Shown piece by piece: positions 9,598 through 19,052 of a DNA stretch of 64,000 nt. The notes beneath the pieces were generated by a model. That model saw only the letters and a list, made by a program, of their open reading frames with translations, was not told the origin of the DNA and searched no databases. Within the stretch, counting starts at the first letter, position 1, and each line of letters begins with the position of its first letter. Made by a program: the position numbers and the translations under genes. Where the stretch lies: the IMG/VR virus record IMGVR_UViG_3300027969_000051, one strand, 5' to 3'. Origin of the DNA: an uncultured virus (IMG/VR IMGVR_UViG_3300027969_000051) (taxonomy: Duplodnaviria; Heunggongvirae; Uroviricota; Caudoviricetes).

Positions 9598-10107
9598 TTA
9601 TTTGATGCTATCGTAATGCTCTTGTAGCCGATCAACTAGAGATTCGTGCATTGGGTGGCGTAATGGATTTGTACCTGGAGCACGAGCAACTGGACTTACC
9701 TTACCCTTACTATTCATGTCGTCACCGCTGAAAGTAACAGCATCGATGCCATGTGTATGCTTGCCCGATGCACCCGGTGCTGAATTACCATATGTTTCCA
9801 TATCGTCAAGAGCTTCTTCAAAATCACCTAAGATTGGATCTTCACCGTGGCTAGCTTTTGCAATAGATGGTTTGCCGATTACAACATCAATACCATCTTC
9901 TTCATCACCGTTTTCTATGCTTTTAAGAATACTCATTAAGTCGCGAATTCCGCCTGCGCCCTGACCGCTCATTGTAATGTTCATATTAACATTGTCTTGT
10001 TGTTGGGGAGAACCGTTCATCATAGGCATCATACCACATTCTTCAACTGGTTGTTCTGTGCCCTCTTCGATGGCTGTCATTTTTGCGATTAAATCTTTTA
10101 AATTCAT
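9598..10107 (-). CDS. Hypothetical acidic protein, putative internal head protein
   Basis: MNLKDLIAKMTAIEE leader and several xxE sites; start overlaps the upstream stop (ATGA). Confidence 0.65.
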   Translation of the reverse strand: MNLKDLIAKMTAIEEGTEQPVEECGMMPMMNGSPQQQDNVNMNITMSGQGAGGIRDLMSILKSIENGDEEDGIDVVIGKPSIAKASHGEDPILGDFEEALDDMETYGNSAPGASGKHTHGIDAVTFSGDDMNSKGKVSPVARAPGTNPLRHPMHESLVDRLQEHYDSIK

Positions 10108-10733
10108 TTTGTTGCTCCCTTAGCAGTAGGTACCTTAACCTGTTTTGTAAAGATATTTGTTACTTTTGTTTTCTTTACTTTTGCACTCTTGCCAGGTGTT
10201 TCTTTACTGTGTGCTGGAACACTCTTGGCCAACATGTTATCGTTAATACCTGTGTATTGTTTTAATTTTTTAGCATCGTTGCTTAATTCTTTTAAGAAAC
10301 TTAGATTATACTTATCACCAAATAACCCGCTGTTGTCGCTAGGCTCGTAGTCGGTCCCGATGATTGCTTCACCTGTTAACTCGTCGTTGGCATGATTAAT
10401 TGCATATTCTTCCTCTTCTTTCATGTTTTTAACTTTAACACTTGAAAGAGTCATACCTAGTCCACTTGCTACTAAATCGCGTATTTGAGGACTGTTTGTT
10501 GGATAGTTTGTTGTAACATCAAAAATAGTCATATGAATATTTTTATGCTCTGGAAAATCTGCATGATTTTCTTGTATTGGTGTTCTGCGTGGTGCTGATA
10601 CTGTACCTACATGAAATACCGCCAATGCCGCTTTGATTTGTTCGCTGGCATCTTTAGGGCATTCTCCAGCAATTTTTACCTTAAATTCGTAAACTTTTTT
10701 GCTTTCGGTTAAGTAGTCTTTAAATGATTTCAT
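10104..10733 (-). CDS. Hypothetical protein, putative prohead-associated protein
   Basis: MKSFKDYLTES leader resembling a capsid-targeting sequence; own late promoter and AGGA SD. Confidence 0.7.
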   Translation of the reverse strand: MKSFKDYLTESKKVYEFKVKIAGECPKDASEQIKAALAVFHVGTVSAPRRTPIQENHADFPEHKNIHMTIFDVTTNYPTNSPQIRDLVASGLGMTLSSVKVKNMKEEEEYAINHANDELTGEAIIGTDYEPSDNSGLFGDKYNLSFLKELSNDAKKLKQYTGINDNMLAKSVPAHSKETPGKSAKVKKTKVTNIFTKQVKVPTAKGATK

Positions 10734-10751
10734 AGTTTCTTCCTAGTACTA

Positions 10752-10757
10752 TATTTA
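10752..10757 (-). promoter_or_regulatory. Late promoter core TAAATA
   Basis: Overlaps the upstream TAA stop; followed by SD and ATG 10733. Confidence 0.6.
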
Positions 10758-11237
10758 TTTCATTTGCTTTAGTTTTTCCAGCAAACTGTTACGATCTGTG
10801 ATAATAACGCCTTCACCTTGGATACTAATTCCTTCGTCGGCTCCGGCAGCATCTTGATCAATTTTCTGCTTTTTAAGCTGTAGATCGATCATTTTTAACT
10901 TTTTATCTAACTTGGCACTCTTTGCATCAATTGCATTTTTAAGCATACTGGCTGCTACTTCAAACATTCTAGCACTGTACCGTGCTTCTACGTTCATACC
11001 TAGATCCATAATATCGTCATAGGCTTCTGTAGCTTTTTTTGCTAACTCATCTAGTTCAGAATCGCCGGCATCGCCTAATCCCTTAACTTGCGGAAGAGCC
11101 GCTGATATTTTATCAAATTCATTGATGTTGCGTATAAATGGTTGCGCAACTTCGGCTTTAAGTTGTTCTTTCTCTTCCTGCTTAATAATCTTCTTACTTT
11201 CAGGAAGGTTTAATAGTTCTTCAAGTTTTTTAGTCAT
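10755..11237 (-). CDS. gp16: Terminase small subunit, gp16-like; start corrected to MTKKLEE
   Basis: Helical ARMFEVAASMLK and terminal ITDRNSLLEKLK recall T4-like gp16; TAAGTA lies 5 nt before ATG 11237. Confidence 0.55.
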   Translation of the reverse strand: MTKKLEELLNLPESKKIIKQEEKEQLKAEVAQPFIRNINEFDKISAALPQVKGLGDAGDSELDELAKKATEAYDDIMDLGMNVEARYSARMFEVAASMLKNAIDAKSAKLDKKLKMIDLQLKKQKIDQDAAGADEGISIQGEGVIITDRNSLLEKLKQMK

Positions 11238-11242
11238 ACTAT

Positions 11243-11248
11243 TACTTA
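11243..11248 (-). promoter_or_regulatory. Variant late promoter core TAAGTA (leaderless type)
   Basis: TAAGTA-atagt-ATG, same spacing as the TAAATA sites. Confidence 0.5.
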
Positions 11249-11683
11249 TCATCCACCCGTGTGGAACAGGTCATTTTCATTGACAATTCTGAATTTTATA
11301 CCCTGTTGTTTGCACCATATGCTGGCCGCCGCCCATTTAGCTTGATTCTTAATAAATTGTGCTTGGTTATATTTGTTCTTGCCAACCCGTTCTAATATGC
11401 TTTGGCTAGCTGGTTTAATCTCGATCAATTCTGTGAGCACACGATGAGCTTTATCAACGTACTGAATAAAGAAATCTGGAACATATACAGTATGCTTGCC
11501 TGTTAGGGGATCTCTGTAGGGAATCTGTACAGCTTCGCTAGCCCATTTTTGTACATTCTCATTAGTATCACAAAAATTCATAAACGACCATTCCCAGCTT
11601 GATCGATATGTAGGTGTCTTAGTGCCTACATATTTTGCTGGATTCTTCATGGTAAACTTACCACGTGCAAATTTGCTAGCCAT
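11249..11683 (-). CDS. gp4: Head completion nuclease, T4 gp4-like (TnsA-like fold)
   Basis: NPAKYVG, YRSSWE, WASE, IPY, YVPDF, IEIKP, NQAKWAAA. Confidence 0.88.
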   Translation of the reverse strand: MASKFARGKFTMKNPAKYVGTKTPTYRSSWEWSFMNFCDTNENVQKWASEAVQIPYRDPLTGKHTVYVPDFFIQYVDKAHRVLTELIEIKPASQSILERVGKNKYNQAQFIKNQAKWAAASIWCKQQGIKFRIVNENDLFHTGG

Positions 11684-11684
11684 T

Positions 11685-12047
11685 TTATACTAGAATGTTT
11701 CTGCTATCGTACGAGTTTGGCTGTAGTGCTACGCGATATCCTAATAGGCTAGTTTTGTCTCGTGCAGAATTTAAAACTTGAGCAACTACTTGACTAAGTT
11801 GTACATCAGTTGTGCTTTTTAATTTATCTAGTAATGTAAAAACACTTACACCCTCTGACCTAGCTTGATTTAATAGTACGATAGCTGTTGATCTAGCACT
11901 AACATTGTCAAATCCTCGTTTTTGAAAAAATGCTACAGTAGCATCTATCTCTGCCGCCGGAAAACTTACCTGAGTAACAAAATAGTTATCAAAAAAATCT
12001 TTAACTGATACAGATGAAGATTGTTGCATTGGTATATTAACTGCCAT
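11685..12047 (-). CDS. Hypothetical protein
   Basis: Tightly packed ORF in the late operon. Confidence 0.75.
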   Translation of the reverse strand: MAVNIPMQQSSSVSVKDFFDNYFVTQVSFPAAEIDATVAFFQKRGFDNVSARSTAIVLLNQARSEGVSVFTLLDKLKSTTDVQLSQVVAQVLNSARDKTSLLGYRVALQPNSYDSRNILV

Positions 12048-12050
12048 ATA

Positions 12051-13055
12051 TTAGCCGCCTTTTAAATTTGTTGAGGTTGCAACAGTCGATGTATTGGTTG
12101 TTCCAGTTGCTAATGGAAATACAACTCCTGGAACTCCGCCTGGACTAGACGATGTATTAATAGTTGTGGCACCGATATTATTAACAGGTGCTGATGATGT
12201 TTTTGTGTTTTGTGCGGTGTTAAGTTGTTCAAGTGCTGTTGATAAGAAGCTTGGTGCAACTGCTTCTAAATCTAAAGATTTTGAAATACTTGGGTTATTA
12301 ACTGTTGGGTCTGGGTTAATGCCAGAAAGCGGACTTGGAGTGTTGTCGTAATGCGACATTCCAAACCCCTCTACAGCTCCTTCGTCAACATCACCGGTTT
12401 CGTAGGTAACTGCTTCGTATAATAACTTCATAGAGAAGTCATGTGTTCCGGCCTGTGCATAATCTAGTTTATTATGATTCCAGTTAGTTATAATAGGGTT
12501 CCATAACTGATACATGACATACTCGTGCCTTGCCATTTGATATAATTTAATATATTTAAAAAATGGAACTGTACTGCCGTTGTCAAACCCGTAACTCCAG
12601 CTGTCGAGATAATCGCCTCGTCTAGTAGCAGTTCTGCCATATGCACCTGTTTGGCCTGCAGTTCGACTGTCGGCATAGTAGTAACTGTAGTAGTTTTGCC
12701 ATAGTTGGTTAATTAGCCCCATATTATCATCATGGAAGGTAACTCCGATTTCTTGAGGCTTATGTTGATACTGTACAACTTTTTTTCTGTTATATTGATT
12801 TAACATTTCTGTTTCAATTTTGAAACTAGGTAAATCAACACTTTTTACTAGTAAATTAATTTCTTGTCCGTAACGCTGTACTAAATCCCCATTAAATACT
12901 GCCGCAGGATTAATGCCAAATGCCACATGGAAATTAAACTTAAACTTTGGTGCTAGTCTAAATTGATTATCAGCAAACACCCGTGCCGCATGTTGTTGAT
13001 CACGTAAGAGGACGGTTGGATCTGATTTTAAATTTTTGTTATTAGTGAATGCCAT
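12051..13055 (-). CDS. Tail tube-like protein (gp19/gp54-type paralog) with Ser/Thr-rich tail
   Basis: LLVKSVDLPSF, NQYNRK, VTFHDD, NPIITNW..LDY; next to the tube gene. Confidence 0.7.
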   Translation of the reverse strand: MAFTNNKNLKSDPTVLLRDQQHAARVFADNQFRLAPKFKFNFHVAFGINPAAVFNGDLVQRYGQEINLLVKSVDLPSFKIETEMLNQYNRKKVVQYQHKPQEIGVTFHDDNMGLINQLWQNYYSYYYADSRTAGQTGAYGRTATRRGDYLDSWSYGFDNGSTVPFFKYIKLYQMARHEYVMYQLWNPIITNWNHNKLDYAQAGTHDFSMKLLYEAVTYETGDVDEGAVEGFGMSHYDNTPSPLSGINPDPTVNNPSISKSLDLEAVAPSFLSTALEQLNTAQNTKTSSAPVNNIGATTINTSSSPGGVPGVVFPLATGTTNTSTVATSTNLKGG

Positions 13056-13060
13056 ACTGT

Positions 13061-13066
13061 TATTTA
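13061..13066 (-). promoter_or_regulatory. Late promoter core TAAATA (leaderless type)
   Basis: TAAATA-acagt-ATG. Confidence 0.65.
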
Positions 13067-13103
13067 TTAGAAAAATTAACTGCGTAGTTAATGCTCGGTC
13101 GTT

Positions 13104-13128
13104 AAAAAAGCCTACTGTGTAGGCTTTT
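13104..13128 (-). terminator. Intrinsic terminator after tail tube gene
   Basis: AAGCCTAC-ACA-GTAGGCTT plus T-run. Confidence 0.8.
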
Positions 13129-13132
13129 CTTA

Positions 13133-13762
13133 TTAAGCTCCTAGTGCGTTGCCGCCACCTGGATTTAATCTTACTGCTATCGGACTGCCGATTGCAGGAA
13201 CCGGTGCTGTTTGTACACAGTTATCCATCTGTATTGTTAAGTCGATCATAACTGGTGTTTGCTCACTATATTTTAATTCTTGCCAGTTAGTACTCTGTAC
13301 ATAGCATCCATAACATTCCCATGTTTCAAGAACGTTAGGGGTACTTGCGCCGTTGCCGCCGTCGAGTATCTCAATACGCATCGTAAATTTATAATCACCT
13401 GCCGATGCGGCTGAACTCTGTTCAAAGAAGTCAAATTGCTTCTGATTTTGTTCACCAACTAGTTTGCTAACTGCACCAGTAACATCATCACGCAGTTTAA
13501 CGTTAAGTGCTTTCCACTTAGGTTTACCTGCATAGTAAATTTTACTGTTGTAAATATCGATAGTTTGATTTTCAAACTCGACACTTGGGCGGGCCGCTTC
13601 AGCAACCTGCTTAGTTAGTTCTGTTGTTGGTGTACTTACTCCGAAGTTTTCAAACGAAATTCTAAATCGATATTTCAACTTCGGCATTAACATGCCTTGT
13701 GAGCTTGCGCTCTGGTCGGATGCTAACGGTACTGTAAAATTTGATAAGGCTGCGATTGCCAT
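13133..13762 (-). CDS. gp19: Tail tube protein, gp19-like
   Basis: PKLKYRFR, YYAGKPKW, LRDD, WECYGCY, ELKYS; directly downstream of the sheath. Confidence 0.85.
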   Translation of the reverse strand: MAIAALSNFTVPLASDQSASSQGMLMPKLKYRFRISFENFGVSTPTTELTKQVAEAARPSVEFENQTIDIYNSKIYYAGKPKWKALNVKLRDDVTGAVSKLVGEQNQKQFDFFEQSSAASAGDYKFTMRIEILDGGNGASTPNVLETWECYGCYVQSTNWQELKYSEQTPVMIDLTIQMDNCVQTAPVPAIGSPIAVRLNPGGGNALGA

Positions 13763-13775
13763 TGTGTTCTCCTAA

Positions 13776-16700
13776 TTATTGTCCAAGACCTTTAATTGCG
13801 CCAGTGTTTTCTAAACGTAGTGGAATATAGATAAATTCAACTGCTTTAACTGGTTCAATTGCGATATCAACATGTAACTCGTTGGCATCAATTCTTGCCG
13901 GTGTGTTATTTGAAGTGTCACATACAACTAGATAGTCATACAAGGCACGTTCGCCTGTTAGTTCAAGCAACAATTTTTCAATTTGTTGTTTGAGTTCGTT
14001 ACGTGTAATAGTATCGTTTGGTTCAAAAATGTATGGCTTAGCAATAGCATTTAATTGGTAACGTAAGTAAATTACTAAACGTGCTACGTTAATGCGATCT
14101 AATGCACTTGCTACTAGCTGACGTGTTTTTTGACCGTAAGCTACAAGGCCGACTCCACCTAAATATGTAATTGGATTTACATGGTTTAACTGTAGTGTAT
14201 CACGCTGTCCTGTATTCAATGCCACTGTAATAAATTCGCCTGACTGTCCGTCAACGTATCCTACTGAACTTGCATTAGTGATACCACCACGTCGCACACC
14301 TGCTGGTGCAAACCATGGATAGGAAACATTGTCGCTTAGGGCGATTGTGCGTAACATCATATGACTTGGGGGGACAACTACATTGTTTCCTTTCAAGTCA
14401 GTTGTATAACCCCATGGGTAGTAAACAGCGGCATTAGCATCTGTGCTGATCAAACCATCTTCACCGTCGCCAGTTGCTAAACCAACGTTCTGTGACCAGT
14501 CACCTAATGTTGTTGCATCTGGAGTTAAACGTGCTGGAGCATCTGCTACAATAAATGATAGCAACCCACGGCTGTTGTTTAAGTCAGTTAGTGCTGGTAA
14601 TGTTTCTAAGTAGCCGGGGCAACTGATTAAGTTAAATGTTCGGCTGTCTTCATCACGTATTGGTTGATTGCTTCCAATTAATGCGTTAAGTGATTGAACA
14701 ACAACTTGACGTTGGGCCTTGCGACCGAATCGTCCAACACCTAAGTGGTCATTGGCAGCGGCTGTTATCCAACGATCTGGATAATAAAGGGTTTGTGCTG
14801 AATTTGACATACGTGCATTAGATGCGTTTGTGTCGATGTATCCTGCATGGTATTGCTTAACGTTGAAGCTAGAACGGCGTAAGTTGTATAACAGAATACC
14901 ACGTGGATAAACTGCAGGATCTGGAGCATCACCGTCTGTGTAATTAGTAGATAGTAATTTTACAATGCTGTCTGCATCACCGGCACCAGCTTTAGCACCA
15001 GCTGGGTTGTTTGACTCATCAGCCCAACGAGCATCTGCAAAAACAACTCCGTTCTGTGAAACTTGATCAGTATTATCTAAAAGATTCCATTTTTTATTTA
15101 GGAAATCATATTTGTAGATAGTTGGCCAATTTTCTAAATTGCTAGCATCTAACCATAGGTCACCGTGTGCAAGAATTGTTGTACCGTCACTTTGTGTTTT
15201 TGGTTTAGTAGCTGAAATTATTGGACCGTTAGCATCTGTTGTGCCGCTACCACCAATTTGATTGACTGCTTTACCTTGAACAGTTAAGAAACCTCTCCAA
15301 GCAGTACCGTCGTTGATCATAATGTCAACATCACTAGTAGAACCATTATACCATAATGTTCCGTCAGCTGGTACTGAAGTAGGAGCATTTAAACTTGTAG
15401 TAACAACACTAGTTCCTCCTGATATAACCGCTGACCAACCTGTGATAATGTATTTTCCATCACTACCATTTGAGCTTGGATCGGCATAGAAACTGCCTGT
15501 ACCACTGTTAAATAATTTGTAAAGTGGCGTATTTGCGCCGTCTACTAAACGAATATCACCACCAGCAGTATGTGAAATAGTTATACTGTTATCACTATTA
15601 AGTACTGCAATTACTTTACTTCCTGGTAGCACATTATTTAATGCGGTTACAAGGGTAGCGCCGTCTGCAGTAGTACCAGCGGCTGTAAATGAAACTGCTG
15701 AATGAGTAATTAGTGTCGACGTTCCGATGCCGGTTTCTGAAATACTAAATCCGTTAGCGCCAGCAGTAAATGTTGAGGCTGCAATTACAATAGATCTAGC
15801 AGTTGTAGAACCTGTTGTCATACGTTTGTAAATTCTAAAAGAACCAATTGCAGGTGTCGCTTCTTTATCGTTATATTTTACAAATATATCGCCGACTGGG
15901 ATATTAATTCCGCCACCTTTTGGATCTAAAACAGCCATGGCTGCTTCTGGCGTTGGGTACAATGATTTGATTGATTGTTTAATCCATCGCATTGTATTTG
16001 AATTGTAAGTTCTAACATCCCAGTTAGCACCTTGGTTAACTGGGGTTGATTTAACCCATACAGAACCGCTTGGATAACCATTTGCTGAACTTGCTACTTG
16101 ATATGTACCGTATTGTGGTACTGAGTAGTGTGGGCTGATTGTTAATTTTGGAGCATAGTATGCACTTGTGCTAAACCCAAGTTTACCAAAGCCTGTTCCA
16201 CCTAGGGTAACTGTGGTACCAGTTGAGTAAACATATAATACTCCGCTGATAGATGCCGCAGTAACTCCGGCTATGGCAGCAGTATTAATGTTTGTTGCCA
16301 ATGCGGCAGTCGTAGTAGCATTGGCAACTGTGACTGGACCTGCACCGATGTTAATTGTAAATGTATCGCCGACTACTAAAGTAGCCGCTGTTGTACTAGA
16401 AGCAGTTGGCCAACTTGCAGTCCATGTTGTAGTTCCGACCTGTACCCAAGTACCTGCGTTACTAGCAACTGCCGCATCTGCGTTAGCTGTATTATATTTT
16501 TTCAACCACAAAGTTTTGGTACCGTCAGTGGCTGTTGAAACCAATGCGTATTCACCTAATGCACCATAGCTGGCAATAGGAGCTCCGCCGCCTGTTACTT
16601 TTGTTGAGTCAGTAATTACTGGAATATCTTGGTGAGCAAATGTTTGTCCGTTTGTTACGGTAGCAGCCGCACTGTTCCACTCAAAAATACCAAAATCAGT

Positions 16701-17126
16701 TGTTGCAATATCAAACCACATTGTACCGTCGTCTGGGTCACCGGATGGCGCTACTCCGCTACTTTCTAATTTCGTTAAGTCAACATCTGCACGTACTACA
16801 TACGCACGATTTGCCACACCTAGGAAGCTATATGCGGCTTGTAGTCCGTATTCATTAACTTCTCCAGCGTTGACTGGATTATTTTCTGCGTCAGTTTCAA
16901 AAACCGGAACACCGAATGTGTTTCCTAAATCTAACTGACTTGTTAGTAGCCACACTTTACCGGCGTTAGCAGCCAATGTTCCGGGTGCTATTCCAGTGCC
17001 TGCGGCATTCTGTTTATCTTGTTGACTAGCAACAATAATTAAAGGTACGGTACCTGGTGCAGCCGGAGTATAGAAACTTTCGTCTATTACTGTTACGCTT
17101 ACGCCTGGTGAACTTAGTTGGGCCAT
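13776..17126 (-). CDS. gp18: Contractile tail sheath protein, gp18-like, with large internal insertion
   Basis: SPGVSVTVIDES N-terminus; PWFAPAG.RRG, DRINVARL, FEPND, VVCDTSNNT, IEPVKAVEFIYI C-terminus. Confidence 0.95.
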   Translation of the reverse strand: MAQLSSPGVSVTVIDESFYTPAAPGTVPLIIVASQQDKQNAAGTGIAPGTLAANAGKVWLLTSQLDLGNTFGVPVFETDAENNPVNAGEVNEYGLQAAYSFLGVANRAYVVRADVDLTKLESSGVAPSGDPDDGTMWFDIATTDFGIFEWNSAAATVTNGQTFAHQDIPVITDSTKVTGGGAPIASYGALGEYALVSTATDGTKTLWLKKYNTANADAAVASNAGTWVQVGTTTWTASWPTASSTTAATLVVGDTFTINIGAGPVTVANATTTAALATNINTAAIAGVTAASISGVLYVYSTGTTVTLGGTGFGKLGFSTSAYYAPKLTISPHYSVPQYGTYQVASSANGYPSGSVWVKSTPVNQGANWDVRTYNSNTMRWIKQSIKSLYPTPEAAMAVLDPKGGGINIPVGDIFVKYNDKEATPAIGSFRIYKRMTTGSTTARSIVIAASTFTAGANGFSISETGIGTSTLITHSAVSFTAAGTTADGATLVTALNNVLPGSKVIAVLNSDNSITISHTAGGDIRLVDGANTPLYKLFNSGTGSFYADPSSNGSDGKYIITGWSAVISGGTSVVTTSLNAPTSVPADGTLWYNGSTSDVDIMINDGTAWRGFLTVQGKAVNQIGGSGTTDANGPIISATKPKTQSDGTTILAHGDLWLDASNLENWPTIYKYDFLNKKWNLLDNTDQVSQNGVVFADARWADESNNPAGAKAGAGDADSIVKLLSTNYTDGDAPDPAVYPRGILLYNLRRSSFNVKQYHAGYIDTNASNARMSNSAQTLYYPDRWITAAANDHLGVGRFGRKAQRQVVVQSLNALIGSNQPIRDEDSRTFNLISCPGYLETLPALTDLNNSRGLLSFIVADAPARLTPDATTLGDWSQNVGLATGDGEDGLISTDANAAVYYPWGYTTDLKGNNVVVPPSHMMLRTIALSDNVSYPWFAPAGVRRGGITNASSVGYVDGQSGEFITVALNTGQRDTLQLNHVNPITYLGGVGLVAYGQKTRQLVASALDRINVARLVIYLRYQLNAIAKPYIFEPNDTITRNELKQQIEKLLLELTGERALYDYLVVCDTSNNTPARIDANELHVDIAIEPVKAVEFIYIPLRLENTGAIKGLGQ

Positions 17127-17158
17127 TGTGTTATCTCCATGAGTACATGTTCTTAATG

Positions 17159-17166
17159 TATTTATA
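17159..17166 (-). promoter_or_regulatory. T4-consensus late promoter TATAAATA for sheath/tube operon
   Basis: Perfect TATAAATA followed by GGAG SD and ATG 17126. Confidence 0.85.
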
Positions 17167-17220
17167 GCTTTTGAACTTTTTGTACGTGTTATAGCACCTG
17201 AAAAAGGCAGAGAAAAGGCT

Positions 17221-17226
17221 TAAATA
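17221..17226 (+). promoter_or_regulatory. Late promoter core TAAATA (leaderless type)
   Basis: TAAATA-aaat-ATG 17231. Confidence 0.6.
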
Positions 17227-17230
17227 AAAT

Positions 17231-17557
17231 ATGAGACCACTTTGTACTTGCGGCCGTGCGCCTGTAGCTATTAACTACTATAAAAATAAAAAACCCTACT
17301 ATAGAACACAATGCGGTGCTTGTAGTAGGGGTGTTAAATTGCCAAGATGGCAATCAGCAGGTTACATTATAAAAACAGCATGTGATAAATGCGGGTTTAA
17401 ATCTCAGCATCAAGAAGTATTTGCAGTATTTCATGTAGACGGCGATTTAAACAACTGCCGCCATACTAACCTTAAGACAGTGTGTGCTAATTGTCAGAGA
17501 GTATTACATAAGGAAGGGATTCGTTGGAGGCAAGGGGATCTTGTACCAGATCTTTAA
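17231..17557 (+). CDS. Small Zn-finger HNH-family protein
   Basis: CxC..CxxC, then CDKC..FHVDGDLNN..NLKTVCANCQ. Confidence 0.8.
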   Translation: MRPLCTCGRAPVAINYYKNKKPYYRTQCGACSRGVKLPRWQSAGYIIKTACDKCGFKSQHQEVFAVFHVDGDLNNCRHTNLKTVCANCQRVLHKEGIRWRQGDLVPDL

Positions 17558-18167
17558 CTTTAGACATAAGTTCGTCTATGGTTCCGTCATTAGTTAATAC
17601 TGCATCAAACTTAGTTCCAACCCAAGCAGTTTCGCTAGCATGTATTCCTAATTGTTTCATGCGGTTCGAAGCCAGAGCCCAATTCATACAGTGATCGCCA
17701 GCGTTCATATCGGCTGCGTCTTTATACCACTCAGGTTCTTCTCCACGTTTTACACGAATAACAATGCCACCTGCGTTTTTAATGCTTAGGATTTCGTTGG
17801 GGAAACGACAGTCACTAATAACAATATCGTCTTTACTGTTGCGGAGTTTGTTTTCTAATGAGGCGATCCAGATATCATCGTGGAATGCTCGACGACAAAC
17901 TTCGGTGCCCCAGTATTGTAGTACCCATCGCGGAGTTAAGTTAGGCATGTTAAGTCGTTCTGCCCACCAAGGATCTACTTGTTCACGCCACACACGGGCT
18001 TGTGTAGTACGACCTTCTAGCATTGTACGGTCCCATCCGAACACATGGGCTACAGCATCTTTAAGAGAATTTGCAAAAGACTCACGGCGAAAACCGTGAA
18101 AGTTAGTTAGATAGTCGGCAATAGTATCTTTGCCAGACCCGATAAAACCACACACACCTATGATCAT
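17487..18167 (-). CDS. gp1: Deoxynucleoside monophosphate kinase, T4 gp1-like; start corrected to MIIG
   Basis: GFIGSGKDT P-loop, FANSLKD, TPRWVLQYWGTE, ISDCRFPNE, HASE; GGAGGT SD at 18171-18176. Confidence 0.92.
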   Translation of the reverse strand: MIIGVCGFIGSGKDTIADYLTNFHGFRRESFANSLKDAVAHVFGWDRTMLEGRTTQARVWREQVDPWWAERLNMPNLTPRWVLQYWGTEVCRRAFHDDIWIASLENKLRNSKDDIVISDCRFPNEILSIKNAGGIVIRVKRGEEPEWYKDAADMNAGDHCMNWALASNRMKQLGIHASETAWVGTKFDAVLTNDGTIDELMSKVKDLVQDPLASNESLPYVILSDN

Positions 18168-18188
18168 AGAACCTCCGGAATATGACAT

Positions 18189-18217
18189 AGTATATAACAG
18201 TTTTATTACAAGGTCAA
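18189..18217 (-). promoter_or_regulatory. sigma70-type early promoter for dNMP kinase
   Basis: TTGACC, 17 nt, TATACT. Confidence 0.8.
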
Positions 18218-18224
18218 ATATTTT

Positions 18225-19010
18225 TTAGCCAGTTATGAAGTAATACCCAGTCCCGCCGGCAGTATAGTCCATTAGTTCTTTATCTAATTTTTCCAATTCT
18301 GCGGTAGCCGCAGACAATAGTGCAGTTCCATTAAGTGTAATCGGACTGCCTGGTCCTGCAATGGACCCAAATTTAGAGCGTGCTTCGCCTAGCATCATCT
18401 TTGCAGTTGCTAGAGAATAATCTTTAAGCCACTGTTTAGCATATGTATCTTGTAATAAGACCCAGTCCGGACGATAGTTATAACTTTGTACAAGTATCTG
18501 TTCGCCCTGGGCGAACGGACGCTGAAGAATATCTAATAGGTGGCTTGTTGGCTTCCAAAGAAACTCGATATAACTACCAAACATACGTCCTACTAGTTTT
18601 TGATATCCTGCAAACATATCGTATGTTGCAAGACCGCCCATCATACTACCTGACATCATATAGGTATTTGTATAGGCTAAATTAAACGGTTCAAATAAAG
18701 TGCCGCCTGCGCCAATACCAGTTCTTGAGCCAATAGCTCTACGAAATACTTGACGCACTGTGATAACTTCATCAGGTAATCTGTATTCATTTTGATCCTG
18801 TATTAGTTCTAGGAACAAATAGCTTTCTTCTACTGCATTTGGGCTTTTTTGACGGTACCGATTTAATGCACGATCTAAAGCAGTTTCTAAATGCTTAGGA
18901 TCTAGCTCTACATCAATCATGCCGTCACCCAGCATGGTTTTAACGTAGTCAAATACTTTGTTGCGCTCTAGGGTTGAGCTAGATTGCGTTGATGGTGCTA
19001 AATCGTCCAT
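18225..19010 (-). CDS. gp13: Neck protein, gp13-like
   Basis: LGDGMIDVEL, WLKDYSLA..K.MLGEARSKF..I.GP..ITLNG. Confidence 0.85.
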   Translation of the reverse strand: MDDLAPSTQSSSTLERNKVFDYVKTMLGDGMIDVELDPKHLETALDRALNRYRQKSPNAVEESYLFLELIQDQNEYRLPDEVITVRQVFRRAIGSRTGIGAGGTLFEPFNLAYTNTYMMSGSMMGGLATYDMFAGYQKLVGRMFGSYIEFLWKPTSHLLDILQRPFAQGEQILVQSYNYRPDWVLLQDTYAKQWLKDYSLATAKMMLGEARSKFGSIAGPGSPITLNGTALLSAATAELEKLDKELMDYTAGGTGYYFITG

Positions 19011-19027
19011 GTTTTGTTCTCCTACTA

Positions 19028-19047
19028 TATTTAGCTAGCGATAAATA
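19028..19047. promoter_or_regulatory. Back-to-back divergent late promoter cores
   Basis: TAAATA on minus at 19028-19033 (towards gp13) and on plus at 19042-19047 (5 nt before gp14 ATG). Confidence 0.75.
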
Positions 19048-19052
19048 TCAGT

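Noticed and set aside
13075..13092. Small palindrome ATTAACT-GCGT-AGTTAAT between terminator and late promoter
   Set aside because: AT-rich, single occurrence, no matching operator found elsewhere in the window.
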